A stretch of DNA of 64,000 nt from Candidatus Spongiisociaceae bacterium. Lineage in GTDB: Bacteria > Actinomycetota > Acidimicrobiia > Spongiisociales > Spongiisociaceae. Positions 48,913-58,894 of the stretch are shown one piece after another. The position numbers were made by a program, and so were the translations under genes. Each line of letters begins with the position of its first letter. Positions within the stretch are counted from its first letter, which is position 1. The DNA lies in NCBI GenBank assembly GCA_965262915.1, contig OZ253564.1, forward strand, positions 3,008,001 through 3,072,000. Direction: 5' to 3'. Under the pieces are notes generated by a model that did not search any database, was not told the origin of the DNA, and worked only from the letters and a program-made list of their open reading frames with translations.

Positions 48913-50958
48913 TCAGTTCCCGATGTACTCCTCCAGGGGGAACCGTATCCAGGAGGTCGCGGACAACGATTCCAGATCCGATCCCTTGAGTCCCGCGGCG
49001 GAGAGGGTGAACAGGGTGTCACCCACCACGAGCGATCGCTCGATAGGGAGGGGGCCCATGCCGCCATAGTAGAGGGTGTCGCCATCGGAAAGATCGACCT
49101 CGTGTTCGATGCTCCCGCGCTGCTCCATGCCCTCCCGGCCCACATCGATGACCATCGCGTGGTGGAAATCGGTCCAGACGTCCGATTCTTCGTCGTACTC
49201 CCACGACCCGATGGGCAACACAGCGATTCCGGTCGGTGGCCAATATAGAAAAGCGCGATGGTCGAACTCGACCTCCGAGAACGATGACTCCGGCAACGTC
49301 AGCTGATGTGCCCGGACCGGGTTGGCCAGATCGGAGACATCGAAGATGGAGACCTGCGTTCCCATGATCCGGCCCTCCTCATCGGCGTCCTGGCCCACGC
49401 CGAGCAGCAGCCCGTCGCCGATCGGGTGCAGGTAGGCCGAGTAACCCAGGATCTTGAGTTCACCCACGACTTTCGGGTCGGCCGGGTCGGACAGGTCGAT
49501 CGTGTAGAGCGGGTCGGTCTCGCGGAAGGTCACGACGTAGCCGATGTCGCCCATGAATCGGACTGCGTATATCCGTTCTCCCCGGCCGAGGCCACCAACC
49601 GAACCTACGACCAGAAGCTCTCTCCCGTTCCGTTCCAGAACGTCCACGCGGCTGTCCGGCTCTTCGTCGCTCCACCACCATGGCGGCGCACTCGTGGAAG
49701 CCACGCGGAGATAACCGTCGTGCTCGGACATGGCGAACTGGTCCAGCAGGAAGCCTTCCACGGACCCGCTCGCCTCGTAGACCGGGCCTTCGGGGCCGCC
49801 GATGCCGAAGCGGTGGATATGGGTGGCCAACCCGCTGATATCCTCGTCGTCCGAGTCGATCCACCGATGGTTCGCCACGTAGAGGCGGTCGGTCGACGCG
49901 TAGACAGTATCGCCTCCCGACATTACGCTGGCCACCGATTCCACGTCGATCGCTTCGCTCATATCGAAGGTCAGCACCGAGACGACGGCGATGCCCGAGA
50001 ACTCCTGGGGGGTGTAAGCCGCGGAGCAGTCGATCATGACCCCTCTCGTGGCTGAATCATCCGGGCCTCGGTTCAACACGTAGCTTGGGGCCCAGTCCTC
50101 CAGTGTCGACTCTGCGATCAACTGCCGGTTGATCTCCTTCGCCCGCGACTTCTCCGGTTCGGAATGCGAGGAGGAGTAGTCGAACTCATCGCTGACCCTC
50201 GGTTCGAAGGTCAGCGCCAGAGCTACCCTATCCCCGACCAGCCGGGCTGCAATCAACTCTCCATCCACCACAAGAGTGTTCGCGACCCGCATCCGCTCGG
50301 GCTCAGAGAGATCGATCTGCAACACCAGCGTTGTGACGCGACCGCCGTCGGAATACGTTGATGCCAAGACGAGGGCGCTGTCGCCGCTCATGAACATCTG
50401 GTGGTACCAGAGATCGGTGGTCCCCCATGAGAGGAGCGGCAACCCTGAGACCAACTCCGGGGGACCGGAAGAGACATCTATGTAGTACAGGATCCCGCCG
50501 GCCAAGGCCAGAATACGTTTGCCATCCGTCTTCACGATGTCAGGTTCGTCGACCTCCAGTTCCTGTACGTTGGTGGTGGAGTAGTCCACTCCCGGTCTCA
50601 GCATGGAAGCTCCCACGCTGTCCTGCCCGGTGGCCGCGGTCGTCGCCACGGCGGCTGTCGTGGTGGCCGCCGACCAGCCTTCGCCCTCGAAACCCCAGGG
50701 TCCGACCTGTTCGGTCGCAACTCGCTTGACGTGGTTGAGAAACGCGTCGCAGGTCTCGAAGTCCACCAGTTGCGATCCGAACAGGCCGATGGGCCGGATT
50801 GGGTTATCCCCTTCCGAGCCGATTGGACTGTCGACTAACGTGCCGAAACCGCTCGATACAGTCGGCTCGGTAGTGTCGGAGACCGGTTCGGTGGTGTCGG
50901 AGACACAGGCGGTCAAAACCGCCACCAGCGCCACTAGCCGGATTGCGTATTTCCTCAT
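48913..50958 (-). CDS. Secreted beta-propeller-domain lipoprotein (Beta_propel/COG4880-like), copy A
   Basis: YSTTNVQ..VDEPDIVKTDG, QFAMSEH, VTFRETDPLY and GELKILGYSAYLHP motifs; lipobox LTAC. Confidence 0.88.
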   Translation of the reverse strand: MRKYAIRLVALVAVLTACVSDTTEPVSDTTEPTVSSGFGTLVDSPIGSEGDNPIRPIGLFGSQLVDFETCDAFLNHVKRVATEQVGPWGFEGEGWSAATTTAAVATTAATGQDSVGASMLRPGVDYSTTNVQELEVDEPDIVKTDGKRILALAGGILYYIDVSSGPPELVSGLPLLSWGTTDLWYHQMFMSGDSALVLASTYSDGGRVTTLVLQIDLSEPERMRVANTLVVDGELIAARLVGDRVALALTFEPRVSDEFDYSSSHSEPEKSRAKEINRQLIAESTLEDWAPSYVLNRGPDDSATRGVMIDCSAAYTPQEFSGIAVVSVLTFDMSEAIDVESVASVMSGGDTVYASTDRLYVANHRWIDSDDEDISGLATHIHRFGIGGPEGPVYEASGSVEGFLLDQFAMSEHDGYLRVASTSAPPWWWSDEEPDSRVDVLERNGRELLVVGSVGGLGRGERIYAVRFMGDIGYVVTFRETDPLYTIDLSDPADPKVVGELKILGYSAYLHPIGDGLLLGVGQDADEEGRIMGTQVSIFDVSDLANPVRAHQLTLPESSFSEVEFDHRAFLYWPPTGIAVLPIGSWEYDEESDVWTDFHHAMVIDVGREGMEQRGSIEHEVDLSDGDTLYYGGMGPLPIERSLVVGDTLFTLSAAGLKGSDLESLSATSWIRFPLEEYIGN

Positions 50959-50992
50959 GATCAGTCCTTCCGGAGCGCTACTCGGTAGGTAT

Positions 50993-51020
50993 GACGCCGG
51001 CGACTGCGCCAAAGGTTCCC
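50993..51020 (-). promoter_or_regulatory. Putative ECF-sigma promoter GGGAACC-N17-CGTC (copy A)
   Basis: Minus strand gggaacc-tttggcgcagtcgccgg-cgtc, about 35 bp before the ATG. Confidence 0.7.
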
Positions 51021-51150
51021 GATGTCGGTCAGGCGGTCGGGAGACGTTCCCGCACGGCCCCCGCTCCAGTACCCGGGCAACCGCCCACCACGATGACGAG
51101 CCATCGATCACCTGTGGCGCTGGTCATGGCCCCGGCCGGGTAGAGGTGGC

Positions 51151-53229
51151 TCAGCTGGCGGCGTACTCCTCGATGGGAAACCGTATCCAGGAGGTCTCGG
51201 ACAGGGAATCGAGGTCGGATCCTTGGAGTCCCAACCAGGAGAGGGTGAAGAGGGTGTCACCGACGACCAGGGAACGGGAGATCGGAACGGACGCCATATA
51301 CGAGTAGAGGTCGTAACCAAGCAATGGCTCATACTCGATATCAGGATCGATTTCCTGGCGGATCCTGCCGAGTTCGTCGATTCCGTCGGGTCCGACGTCG
51401 AGTACGGCAGCCTCGTTGAAGCTCACCCAGTTGTCATCTCCGTCTCTGTAGTCCCACCATCCGATGGGTAGGACCGCGATACCGGTCGGAGGCCAGTAGA
51501 GGAAGGCGTGGTGGTCGAACTCGGCCTGGGATCTGGAGAACTCCGGGAACGTGTACTGGTGTATCCGGATCGGGTTGGCCAGATCCGAGACATCGAATAC
51601 GGACACCTGCGTACCGCTGGTCCTCCCCTGCTCGTCGGCGTCCTGGCCCACACCCAGCAGCAGCCCCTCCCCGATCGGGTGCAGGTAGGCGGAATAGCCC
51701 AGGATCTTGAGTTCCCCGACCACCTTCGGCGCGGTGGGGTCGGACAGGTCGATCGTGTAGAGAGGATCGGTCTGGCGGAACGTGACAACGTAGCCGATCT
51801 CGCCCATAAAGCGCACCGCGAAGATCTGTTCGCCCTCACCGAGACCTGCCACCGACCCCACAACATGTAGCTCCCGGCCGTCCCGTTCCAGCACGTCCAC
51901 GCGGCTCTCGGAAGTCCCGTCAGTGCGCCACCACCAGGTCGGCATATCCGTGGACGCCACCCTCAGGTAGCCGTCGTGCTCGGACATCGCGAACTGGTTG
52001 AGCAGGATACCGTCGACGGATCCGCTCGCTTCGTAGACCGGCCCGCCGGCACCGCTGATATCGAAGCGGTGGATATGGGTCGTTATGCCCTCCACATCGT
52101 CTTCGCCCGCTTCGTCCCGGTCGATCCAGCGGTGGCTGGCCACGTAGAGGCGGTCGGTGGACGCATAGACGGTGTCGCCTCCCGACATGACGGTGGCCAC
52201 TTGGTCCACAGCGACGCCCTCCGTGAGGTCGAACGTGACCACCGAGAGGGTGTCGAACCCGGAGAACTCCTGGGGTGCGTAACCGGAGGAGCAGTCGATC
52301 AGCGAGCCCTCCGAGGCTACCCCTCCGTCGGGCACTTTCAGCTCGTACCGGGGCGCCCAGTGCTCCAGAGCCGATTCCTCGATGACGCTGCGGTTGACCC
52401 TCTCCGCCCGCAACTCGGCCGACTCGGTGCTGGAGGAGGGGTAGACGAACTCGGAGCCTATCGTCGGCGAGGCGCTCACGACCAAGGCCACCCGTTCGCC
52501 GACCAGCCGGGCGGAAACGAAACCGGCCTCGATCATGAGGGTGCTGACCACACGCATTTCGTCGGGATCGGAGAGGTCGACCTGCGCAACCAGCGTGATG
52601 TCCTGGTCTGCTCTCGCGTAAGGATCGAGACCATGCGCCATCAGCAGAACGGTATCGCCGCTCATGAAGATCTGCTGGTTCCAAAGGTCCATGTCGTTCC
52701 ATGACAGCAACGGCATAGACGAGACCAACTCCGGGACACCGGATGAAACATCTATGTAGTGCAGAGCGCGGTAACCCACGGCCAGAATGCGGCCCCCGTC
52801 GGTCTTGACAAGGTCGGGCTCATCGACTCCTACCTCCTGAACATTGGTGGTGGAGTAGTCCACCACCGCGTCCGCCTGTGCGGACACCGATGCGTCGGAG
52901 GGGGCATCCGCGGCCTCCTCCTCGACCATCATCTGGACCGTTTCTCTTAGGAGGGGATTGTCCTTGTTGAATCCGTAGGGTCCTACCCGTTCGAGCGCCT
53001 CAGCCTTGATATGGGCGAGGAAGGCTTCACACGAGTCGAACTCCACCAACTCCGATGCGAACAGCCCCACGGGTCCGTCCGGAACGGTTCCAGTCGTTGG
53101 GGCGACGGTGTCTACGGTGGAGTCGGCGCCGGTTCCCGTCAGGCTCGTCACAGCCGGTTCGGTGGCCTCGGCCGCGCAGGCGCCCACCAAGACCGCCAGT
53201 GCGACCAGCCGGATTGCAATCTTGCTCAT
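51151..53229 (-). CDS. Secreted beta-propeller-domain lipoprotein, copy B
   Basis: Same motifs as copy A; lipobox VGAC. Confidence 0.88.
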   Translation of the reverse strand: MSKIAIRLVALAVLVGACAAEATEPAVTSLTGTGADSTVDTVAPTTGTVPDGPVGLFASELVEFDSCEAFLAHIKAEALERVGPYGFNKDNPLLRETVQMMVEEEAADAPSDASVSAQADAVVDYSTTNVQEVGVDEPDLVKTDGGRILAVGYRALHYIDVSSGVPELVSSMPLLSWNDMDLWNQQIFMSGDTVLLMAHGLDPYARADQDITLVAQVDLSDPDEMRVVSTLMIEAGFVSARLVGERVALVVSASPTIGSEFVYPSSSTESAELRAERVNRSVIEESALEHWAPRYELKVPDGGVASEGSLIDCSSGYAPQEFSGFDTLSVVTFDLTEGVAVDQVATVMSGGDTVYASTDRLYVASHRWIDRDEAGEDDVEGITTHIHRFDISGAGGPVYEASGSVDGILLNQFAMSEHDGYLRVASTDMPTWWWRTDGTSESRVDVLERDGRELHVVGSVAGLGEGEQIFAVRFMGEIGYVVTFRQTDPLYTIDLSDPTAPKVVGELKILGYSAYLHPIGEGLLLGVGQDADEQGRTSGTQVSVFDVSDLANPIRIHQYTFPEFSRSQAEFDHHAFLYWPPTGIAVLPIGWWDYRDGDDNWVSFNEAAVLDVGPDGIDELGRIRQEIDPDIEYEPLLGYDLYSYMASVPISRSLVVGDTLFTLSWLGLQGSDLDSLSETSWIRFPIEEYAAS

Positions 53230-53277
53230 CACCGCTTCCTTCTGGAATCTCTTCCATTCTGACCAGTTGAGAGGTGA

Positions 53278-53305
53278 GACGTATCGGAGACCACGGCAGG
53301 TTCCC
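53278..53305 (-). promoter_or_regulatory. Putative ECF-sigma promoter GGGAACC-N17-CGTC (copy B)
   Basis: Minus strand gggaacc-tgccgtggtctccgata-cgtc, about 49 bp before the ATG. Confidence 0.7.
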
Positions 53306-53890
53306 GCCGTCGGCCGGGAATGTGATGGATTCCGGCGGATACTCATCAGTGCTTGACGAAATAGTTGCTGTCACGGTTGGCGGGTTTGTACGGACCACCG
53401 CAGATCGCGCCAGGCCACCGCGGTGAGGAAGATCCGGCGAAGGAGACCTCCGCCGCGATCATCACCCGAATCGCGCAACCAGACCGCCAAGAACGCCGCT
53501 GCCGGCGCTTGCTCAGGGGCCTCCCCGTCCACCACAGTGCCTGGGCTCGGAGCGCGTCCTCCCCGCCCCCTCCGGAAGGCTGTCGGGCACCGAGATTCCT
53601 GATCCTTTGGGCGGTCGAGCGACGTCCGGTTCGTCATGGCCCTGCTGTTTGGTACCTCCAATAGTGCAACACAGGTGTGACAGCATCAACCCCACGCGGG
53701 GCGCGGTGGCTCGAGCCGGCCGCCCGCCTTCCCGCGTCGCTTCCTCTACGCGACTGCCGGCCGCCGGTCGACCTTCCCGGCTGACTCCGGTCGACGACCC
53801 GCTATAGGTCATCGACCGGAGTCGGCTACCGGCGGTACCGAACCGCAATGTCGGCGTCGACGTCGTCCACCACCGCGGATGCTGCCAGCC

Positions 53891-55966
53891 TCAATAGCGG
53901 TAGGTAGACGACTCGTACGGGAACCTCGTCCAGGAGGTCTCGGACACCGATGTCAGGTCCGTTCCGGCCAGGCCGGCGTCGGAGAGGGTGAAGATCGTCT
54001 GGCCTATGACGAGTGATCGTCGGATGGGAACGTATCTCCAGTAGTACGAACCCCGATCGAACTCGGGAGCGTCCTCGGGGGGTTCGTGTTCGATGGTGCC
54101 GAGTTCTTCGATGCCGTCGGGTCCGACGCCGAGCACGATCGCCCCTTGGTATATCCCTCTCCTGCCCGACTCGTCCCTATCTCCCCACCATCCGACTGGC
54201 AGGACAGCGGTTCCGGTCGGGTGCCAATAGAGGAACGCCCGGTGGTTGAACTCGACCTCGGTTCTCGATGACTCCGGAAGCGTGAACTGGTGGGTCCGGA
54301 CCGGTTTCGCCAGATCCGACACGTCGAAGATGGACACCTGCGTTCCCTTGACTCGGCCTACCTCGTCGGCATCCCGGCCCACACCGAGCAACAGTCCTTC
54401 GCCGATCGGGTGCAGGTAGGCCGAGTAGCCCAGGATCTTCAACTCGCCCGCCACCTTCGGGTCGCTCGGGTCGGACAGATCGATGGTGTAGAGCGGGTCG
54501 GTCTGGCGGAAGGTCACCACGTAGCCGACCTCCCCGATGAACCGCACCGCGAATATCCGTTCTCCCTTGCCGAGGCCGGCCACCGACCCCACGGCCCTCA
54601 GCTCGCCCCCATCCCGTTCGAGAACGTCCACGCGGCTCTCGGAAGCCTCGCTACGCCACCAACCCCACACCGGGGCGTCGGTGGACGCCACCCGCAGGTA
54701 GCCGTTGTGCTCGGACATGGCGAACTGGTTGAGCAGGAATCCGTCCACCGAACCGCTCGCCTCGTAGACAGGTCCATCGGACCCGCCGATGGCGAACCGG
54801 TGGATCCGGGTAGTGATCCCTTTGGCGTCGGCCGCGTCGAAGTTGTTCCGGTCGATCCACCGCCGGTTCGCCACGTACAGGCGGTCGGCGGACGCGTAGA
54901 CGGTGTCGCCTCCCGCCATGACGGTGGCCACCTCCCCCACGCCGATGTTCTCGGCGAGGTCGAGGTTCAGCACCGAGAGGAGGCCGAACCCGGAGAACTC
55001 CTGCGGTGCGTAGTTGGCCGAGCATTTGATCAGCCTTCCCTCTCTGGCGGTTCGCGAGTTCCGGACTCTCAGCTCGTATCCGGGTAGCCAGTGCGCCAGC
55101 GTCGACTCCTTGATGGCCGCGCGATTGGCCCGCTCCGCTCTGGCCATGGCCGACTCGGACATGCTGGCGGGATAGACGAACTCCGACTCGATACGGGGCA
55201 TGGACGACAGCACCAGGCTGGCCCGTTCACCCACCAGCCGGGACGATACGAGGCTTCCCTCGATCGAGAGACTCCTCACCACGCGGAGGACCACGGGTTG
55301 GGAGAGATCGATCTGCACGATCACCGTCTCGACGCCGGGCTCCCGGAGCGGCTCGTACCGGTATCCGGACATCATGAGGAGAGCGGTGTCACCGCTCAGG
55401 AACAATTCGATATCCGGCGATCCCAACCCGCGCCGGAGGGGGTTGTACCAAGGCCACAGGTCGTACGTGGACACCAATGCGGGAGCACCCGACGACACGT
55501 CGATGTAGTACAGGACACCCTGAGCGAGCGCCAGGATCCGTGTACCGTCCGTCTTCACGATGTCCGGTTCGTCGACGCCCACCTCTTGGACGTTGGTGGT
55601 GGAGTAGTCCACGCCGGCGGTGAGCCTGGTGGACCCGCCGGCCGCCCCGCCGGCCGCCCGACCGGAATCCTCTTCCGCTGCAGCCTCCGCAGCATCCTCA
55701 GCTCCGAAGAAAGTGAGCGGACGGCCCCTGGCGAACCCGTACGGACCGACCCGCGCCAACGCCTCGCTCTTGAGGTGGTCGAGGAAGGCATCGCAGGTGT
55801 CGAAGCCGACCAGTTGCGATGGGGAGGGATCTGACGGTTGTTCGGTATCGGCGGCCACGAGGCCGGACTCCGTTTGCTTCGGGGCGGGCTCCGACAGGGC
55901 AAGACCGGGGTTTGCGGCGGTGAGCAGCATCACCAGGGCCACCATCCATCCTACGTGCTTCCTCAT
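53891..55966 (-). CDS. Secreted beta-propeller-domain protein, copy C (no lipobox Cys)
   Basis: Same motifs; signal peptide ...LLTAANPGLALS lacks Cys. Confidence 0.88.
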   Translation of the reverse strand: MRKHVGWMVALVMLLTAANPGLALSEPAPKQTESGLVAADTEQPSDPSPSQLVGFDTCDAFLDHLKSEALARVGPYGFARGRPLTFFGAEDAAEAAAEEDSGRAAGGAAGGSTRLTAGVDYSTTNVQEVGVDEPDIVKTDGTRILALAQGVLYYIDVSSGAPALVSTYDLWPWYNPLRRGLGSPDIELFLSGDTALLMMSGYRYEPLREPGVETVIVQIDLSQPVVLRVVRSLSIEGSLVSSRLVGERASLVLSSMPRIESEFVYPASMSESAMARAERANRAAIKESTLAHWLPGYELRVRNSRTAREGRLIKCSANYAPQEFSGFGLLSVLNLDLAENIGVGEVATVMAGGDTVYASADRLYVANRRWIDRNNFDAADAKGITTRIHRFAIGGSDGPVYEASGSVDGFLLNQFAMSEHNGYLRVASTDAPVWGWWRSEASESRVDVLERDGGELRAVGSVAGLGKGERIFAVRFIGEVGYVVTFRQTDPLYTIDLSDPSDPKVAGELKILGYSAYLHPIGEGLLLGVGRDADEVGRVKGTQVSIFDVSDLAKPVRTHQFTLPESSRTEVEFNHRAFLYWHPTGTAVLPVGWWGDRDESGRRGIYQGAIVLGVGPDGIEELGTIEHEPPEDAPEFDRGSYYWRYVPIRRSLVIGQTIFTLSDAGLAGTDLTSVSETSWTRFPYESSTYRY

Positions 55967-56016
55967 GATCGGTTCCTTCCAGGAGTCATCCAGCCGGGTG
56001 TTCTCTCGGTAGTTAG

Positions 56017-56044
56017 GACGTACGGTAGATGTCGCAAGGTTCCC
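56017..56044 (-). promoter_or_regulatory. Putative ECF-sigma promoter GGGAACC-N17-CGTC (copy C)
   Basis: Minus strand gggaacc-ttgcgacatctaccgta-cgtc, about 51 bp before the ATG. Confidence 0.7.
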
Positions 56045-56197
56045 GCCGCGTCGGAGATAGGACGGTTTGGACAAACCTGCCGTCACCGCGCGCCCGATGA
56101 CCTCCCCGCGCCGCCGTCCTGCAATGGGTTACCAACATGGCGATGGGGCAATTACCCTTGGGGATACAGATCTACGCATCTACCGGGAGAACCACCG

Positions 56198-56956
56198 TTG
56201 ACGGATACCGTCCCGCTGCTCGTTATCGAAGACCTTCATGTGGCCGTTGACGGCCAGCCGATCCTCCAAGGGGTCGATCTGACCACGTTCCGAGGCGAGA
56301 TCCACGCTTTGATGGGTCCGAACGGGTCCGGCAAATCGACCCTCGCCAAGGTGCTGATGGGACATCCAACGTACCGGATCACGTCCGGGAAGGTGTACTT
56401 CGACGGGGAGGACATCACCGGGGCCGATACGCCTTCGCGGGCCCGGATGGGCATGTTCCTCGCCTTCCAGTACCCCGAGGAGATACCGGGAGTGTCGGTG
56501 GTCAACTTCCTCCGTACCGCTTTGAGCAACCGGAGCGGGATCGACTACACGGTCCTCGAATTGCGCCTGCGAGTGATGGACGCCATGTCGTCCCTGGGCA
56601 TGGACTCCGCCTTCGCTGATCGGTACGTCAACCAGGGATTCTCGGGTGGGGAGCGCAAGCGCAACGAGGTACTGCAGATGGCGGTGCTCGAACCCGATCT
56701 GGTCATCATGGACGAGACCGACTCGGGACTGGACATCGACGCCCTCGGCATCGTGGCCGAGGGCGTGAACCGGCTGGCCGGACCGGAACGGGGTTTCCTG
56801 ATCATCACCCACTACCAGCGCCTCCTCGACCACATCACCCCCGATGTCGTCCACGTTCTGGTCGACGGCCGCATCGTCGAGTCGGGTGGGGCCGGTCTGG
56901 CCCACAGGCTGGAGGCCGACGGCTATGAGGCCTTTCGGGTGACCGCGGCGTCATGA
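56198..56956 (+). CDS. sufC: Fe-S cluster assembly ATPase SufC
   Basis: GPNGSGKST, FQYPEEIPGV, GFSGGERKRNE and DETDSGLDID motifs. Confidence 0.95.
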   Translation: MTDTVPLLVIEDLHVAVDGQPILQGVDLTTFRGEIHALMGPNGSGKSTLAKVLMGHPTYRITSGKVYFDGEDITGADTPSRARMGMFLAFQYPEEIPGVSVVNFLRTALSNRSGIDYTVLELRLRVMDAMSSLGMDSAFADRYVNQGFSGGERKRNEVLQMAVLEPDLVIMDETDSGLDIDALGIVAEGVNRLAGPERGFLIITHYQRLLDHITPDVVHVLVDGRIVESGGAGLAHRLEADGYEAFRVTAAS

Positions 56957-58182
56957 TCGACCCGGGAGCCATCCGCGCCGACTTCCCGATCCTGGACCGG
57001 AGGATCAACGACCGGCCGCTGGTGTTCCTCGACTCGGCGGCCAGCTCCCAGAAGCCCGTCCAGGTGCTCGACGCCATGATGCGCATCTATCGCACTTCCT
57101 ACGCCAACGTTCATCGCGGCGCCTACACCCTCTCGCAGGAATCCACCGAGGCCTACGAGGAGGCCCGCCGCAAGGTGGCCCGGTTCCTCAACGCGACCGG
57201 CGACGAGGAGGTGATCTTCACCCGGAGCGCCACCGCGGGTATGAACCTGTTCGCCTACGGCTGGGGACTCAACACGCTCAAGCCCGGCGACCGGGTTCTC
57301 ACCAGCGTGATGGAACACCACGCCAACATCGTGCCGTGGCACATCATCGCCCGCCATACCGGCGCCGAACTGGCCTACATAGACCTCACCGACGACTTCC
57401 GGCTCGACCTGGCCGGCGCTCGAGACTGCTTCGACGAGCGGGTCAAGATAGTTGCCCTCTCGGGCATGTCCAACGTCTTGGGAACCATGCCCCCGATCAC
57501 CGATATCGCCCGGATGGCGCACGACGTGGGTGCGGTCATGCTGGTCGACGGGGCACAGATGGTTCCCCACTCCCCGGTGGACGTCCAGACGTTGGGGGCC
57601 GACTTCCTGGCCTTCTCGGGGCACAAGATGCTCGGACCCACCGGCATCGGAGTGCTCTGGGGACGGAGGGAGTTGCTGGAGGAGATGGAGCCGGCCGAAG
57701 GCGGAGGCGAGATGATCCGCGACGTCCGCTTGTTCGAATCCACCTGGGCTCCGGTACCGCACAAGTTCGAGGCGGGTACTCCGCCGTTCGTGGAGGCGAT
57801 CGCACTGGGGGCGGCCATCGACTACCTGTCCGACATCGGAATGGACAGCGTTTTGGAGCACGACCGGCAGTTGACCGCCTACGCGCTGGAGCGCCTGGCG
57901 GATGTGCCCAACCTGTCCATCCAGGGACCCACCGATACCACCGACCGGGGCGGGGCGATCAGCTTCGACATTCCCGGCATCCACGCCCACGACGTGGCGA
58001 CCATCCTCGACGAGCAGGGGGTGGCGGTACGGGCCGGGCATCACTGTGCGAAGCCCCTCATGCGCCGCCTGGGTCTGACCGCCACCACCCGGGCATCGTT
58101 CTATATCTACAACGTGCCCGAAGACGTGGATGTCCTGGTCGACGCCCTCGGCGTGGCCCGGCGGCTGTTCGGACTCCCTTGA
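56953..58182 (+). CDS. sufS: Cysteine desulfurase SufS
   Basis: LDSAASSQKP, SGHKMLGPTG and RAGHHCA motifs. Confidence 0.95.
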   Translation: MIDPGAIRADFPILDRRINDRPLVFLDSAASSQKPVQVLDAMMRIYRTSYANVHRGAYTLSQESTEAYEEARRKVARFLNATGDEEVIFTRSATAGMNLFAYGWGLNTLKPGDRVLTSVMEHHANIVPWHIIARHTGAELAYIDLTDDFRLDLAGARDCFDERVKIVALSGMSNVLGTMPPITDIARMAHDVGAVMLVDGAQMVPHSPVDVQTLGADFLAFSGHKMLGPTGIGVLWGRRELLEEMEPAEGGGEMIRDVRLFESTWAPVPHKFEAGTPPFVEAIALGAAIDYLSDIGMDSVLEHDRQLTAYALERLADVPNLSIQGPTDTTDRGGAISFDIPGIHAHDVATILDEQGVAVRAGHHCAKPLMRRLGLTATTRASFYIYNVPEDVDVLVDALGVARRLFGLP

Positions 58183-58191
58183 GGTACCTAG

Positions 58192-58290
58192 GAGGGTGCT
58201 GTAAAACGGTGGGGAACAGCGGCCCGTCTTCTTCTGAGCAGTTTCTATGTCATCGACCGATGGGCCGTGAAGGGGTTCTGCACCACCCTT
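58192..58290. repeat. 99-bp nested-palindrome intergenic repeat, copy 3, flanked by CTAG direct repeats
   Basis: ctag-GAGGGTG...CACCCTT-ctag; reverse-complement match to 60716-60814. Confidence 0.88.
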
Positions 58291-58357
58291 CTAGACCGGA
58301 GCAGGCAGGTGGTATTCGTCGGGGATCGGTCCCAGGCTCTATCGTTGGAACCTACCT

Positions 58358-58813
58358 ATGGCGCTTGAAGAGCTGTACCGCGAGGTGATCCTCGACCACT
58401 ACCGGAGCCCCCGGAATCGCCGCGTCCTCCACCAACCCGACGCGAGCGCCGACGGCAACAATCCCCTGTGCGGTGATGAGGTCCACGTCGATCTGCTGAT
58501 CGAGGGGGATGTGATCGTCGATATCGGGATCACCGGGCACGGCTGTTCGATCTCCCAGGCTTCCGGATCCATGATGGGCGACGCCCTCAAGACGAAGTCC
58601 ATCGATGCGGTGCACCGTCTCGCCGACCGCTTCAAGGGCATGATGAGCATCGACGGCGCCACCGACCCGGGACTCGATCCCAACCGTCCGGGGGCGGTGC
58701 TGGGCGATCTCGAAGCCCTCCAAGGCGTGCGCAAGTTCCCGGTGCGGATCAAGTGCGCCGACCTGCCCTGGACCACTCTGGAGGAAGCCCTCAGGGACTA
58801 CGAGGCCGGCTGA
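58358..58813 (+). CDS. sufU: SufU Fe-S assembly protein
   Basis: LYREVILDHY, NPLCGD, GCSISQAS and RIKCA motifs. Confidence 0.94.
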   Translation: MALEELYREVILDHYRSPRNRRVLHQPDASADGNNPLCGDEVHVDLLIEGDVIVDIGITGHGCSISQASGSMMGDALKTKSIDAVHRLADRFKGMMSIDGATDPGLDPNRPGAVLGDLEALQGVRKFPVRIKCADLPWTTLEEALRDYEAG

Positions 58814-58814
58814 C

Positions 58815-58890
58815 CACGGCCCGTCGGTCGATGACAAGATGCCTGTTCAGAGGAAGAGGGCTAACCATCTACCCGTTCTTGAGCACCCTC
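58815..58890. repeat. Nested-palindrome repeat, copy 4 (one arm missing)
   Basis: CACGGCCCGTCGGTCGATGACAAGATGCCTGTTCAGAGGAAGA matches 60736-60779; ends GCACCCTC. Confidence 0.82.
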
Positions 58891-58894
58891 TTAG

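Noticed and set aside
53360-53880. Gene or ncRNA in the gap between beta-propeller copies B and C
   Set aside because: No motif, clear RBS or repeat match found by eye.
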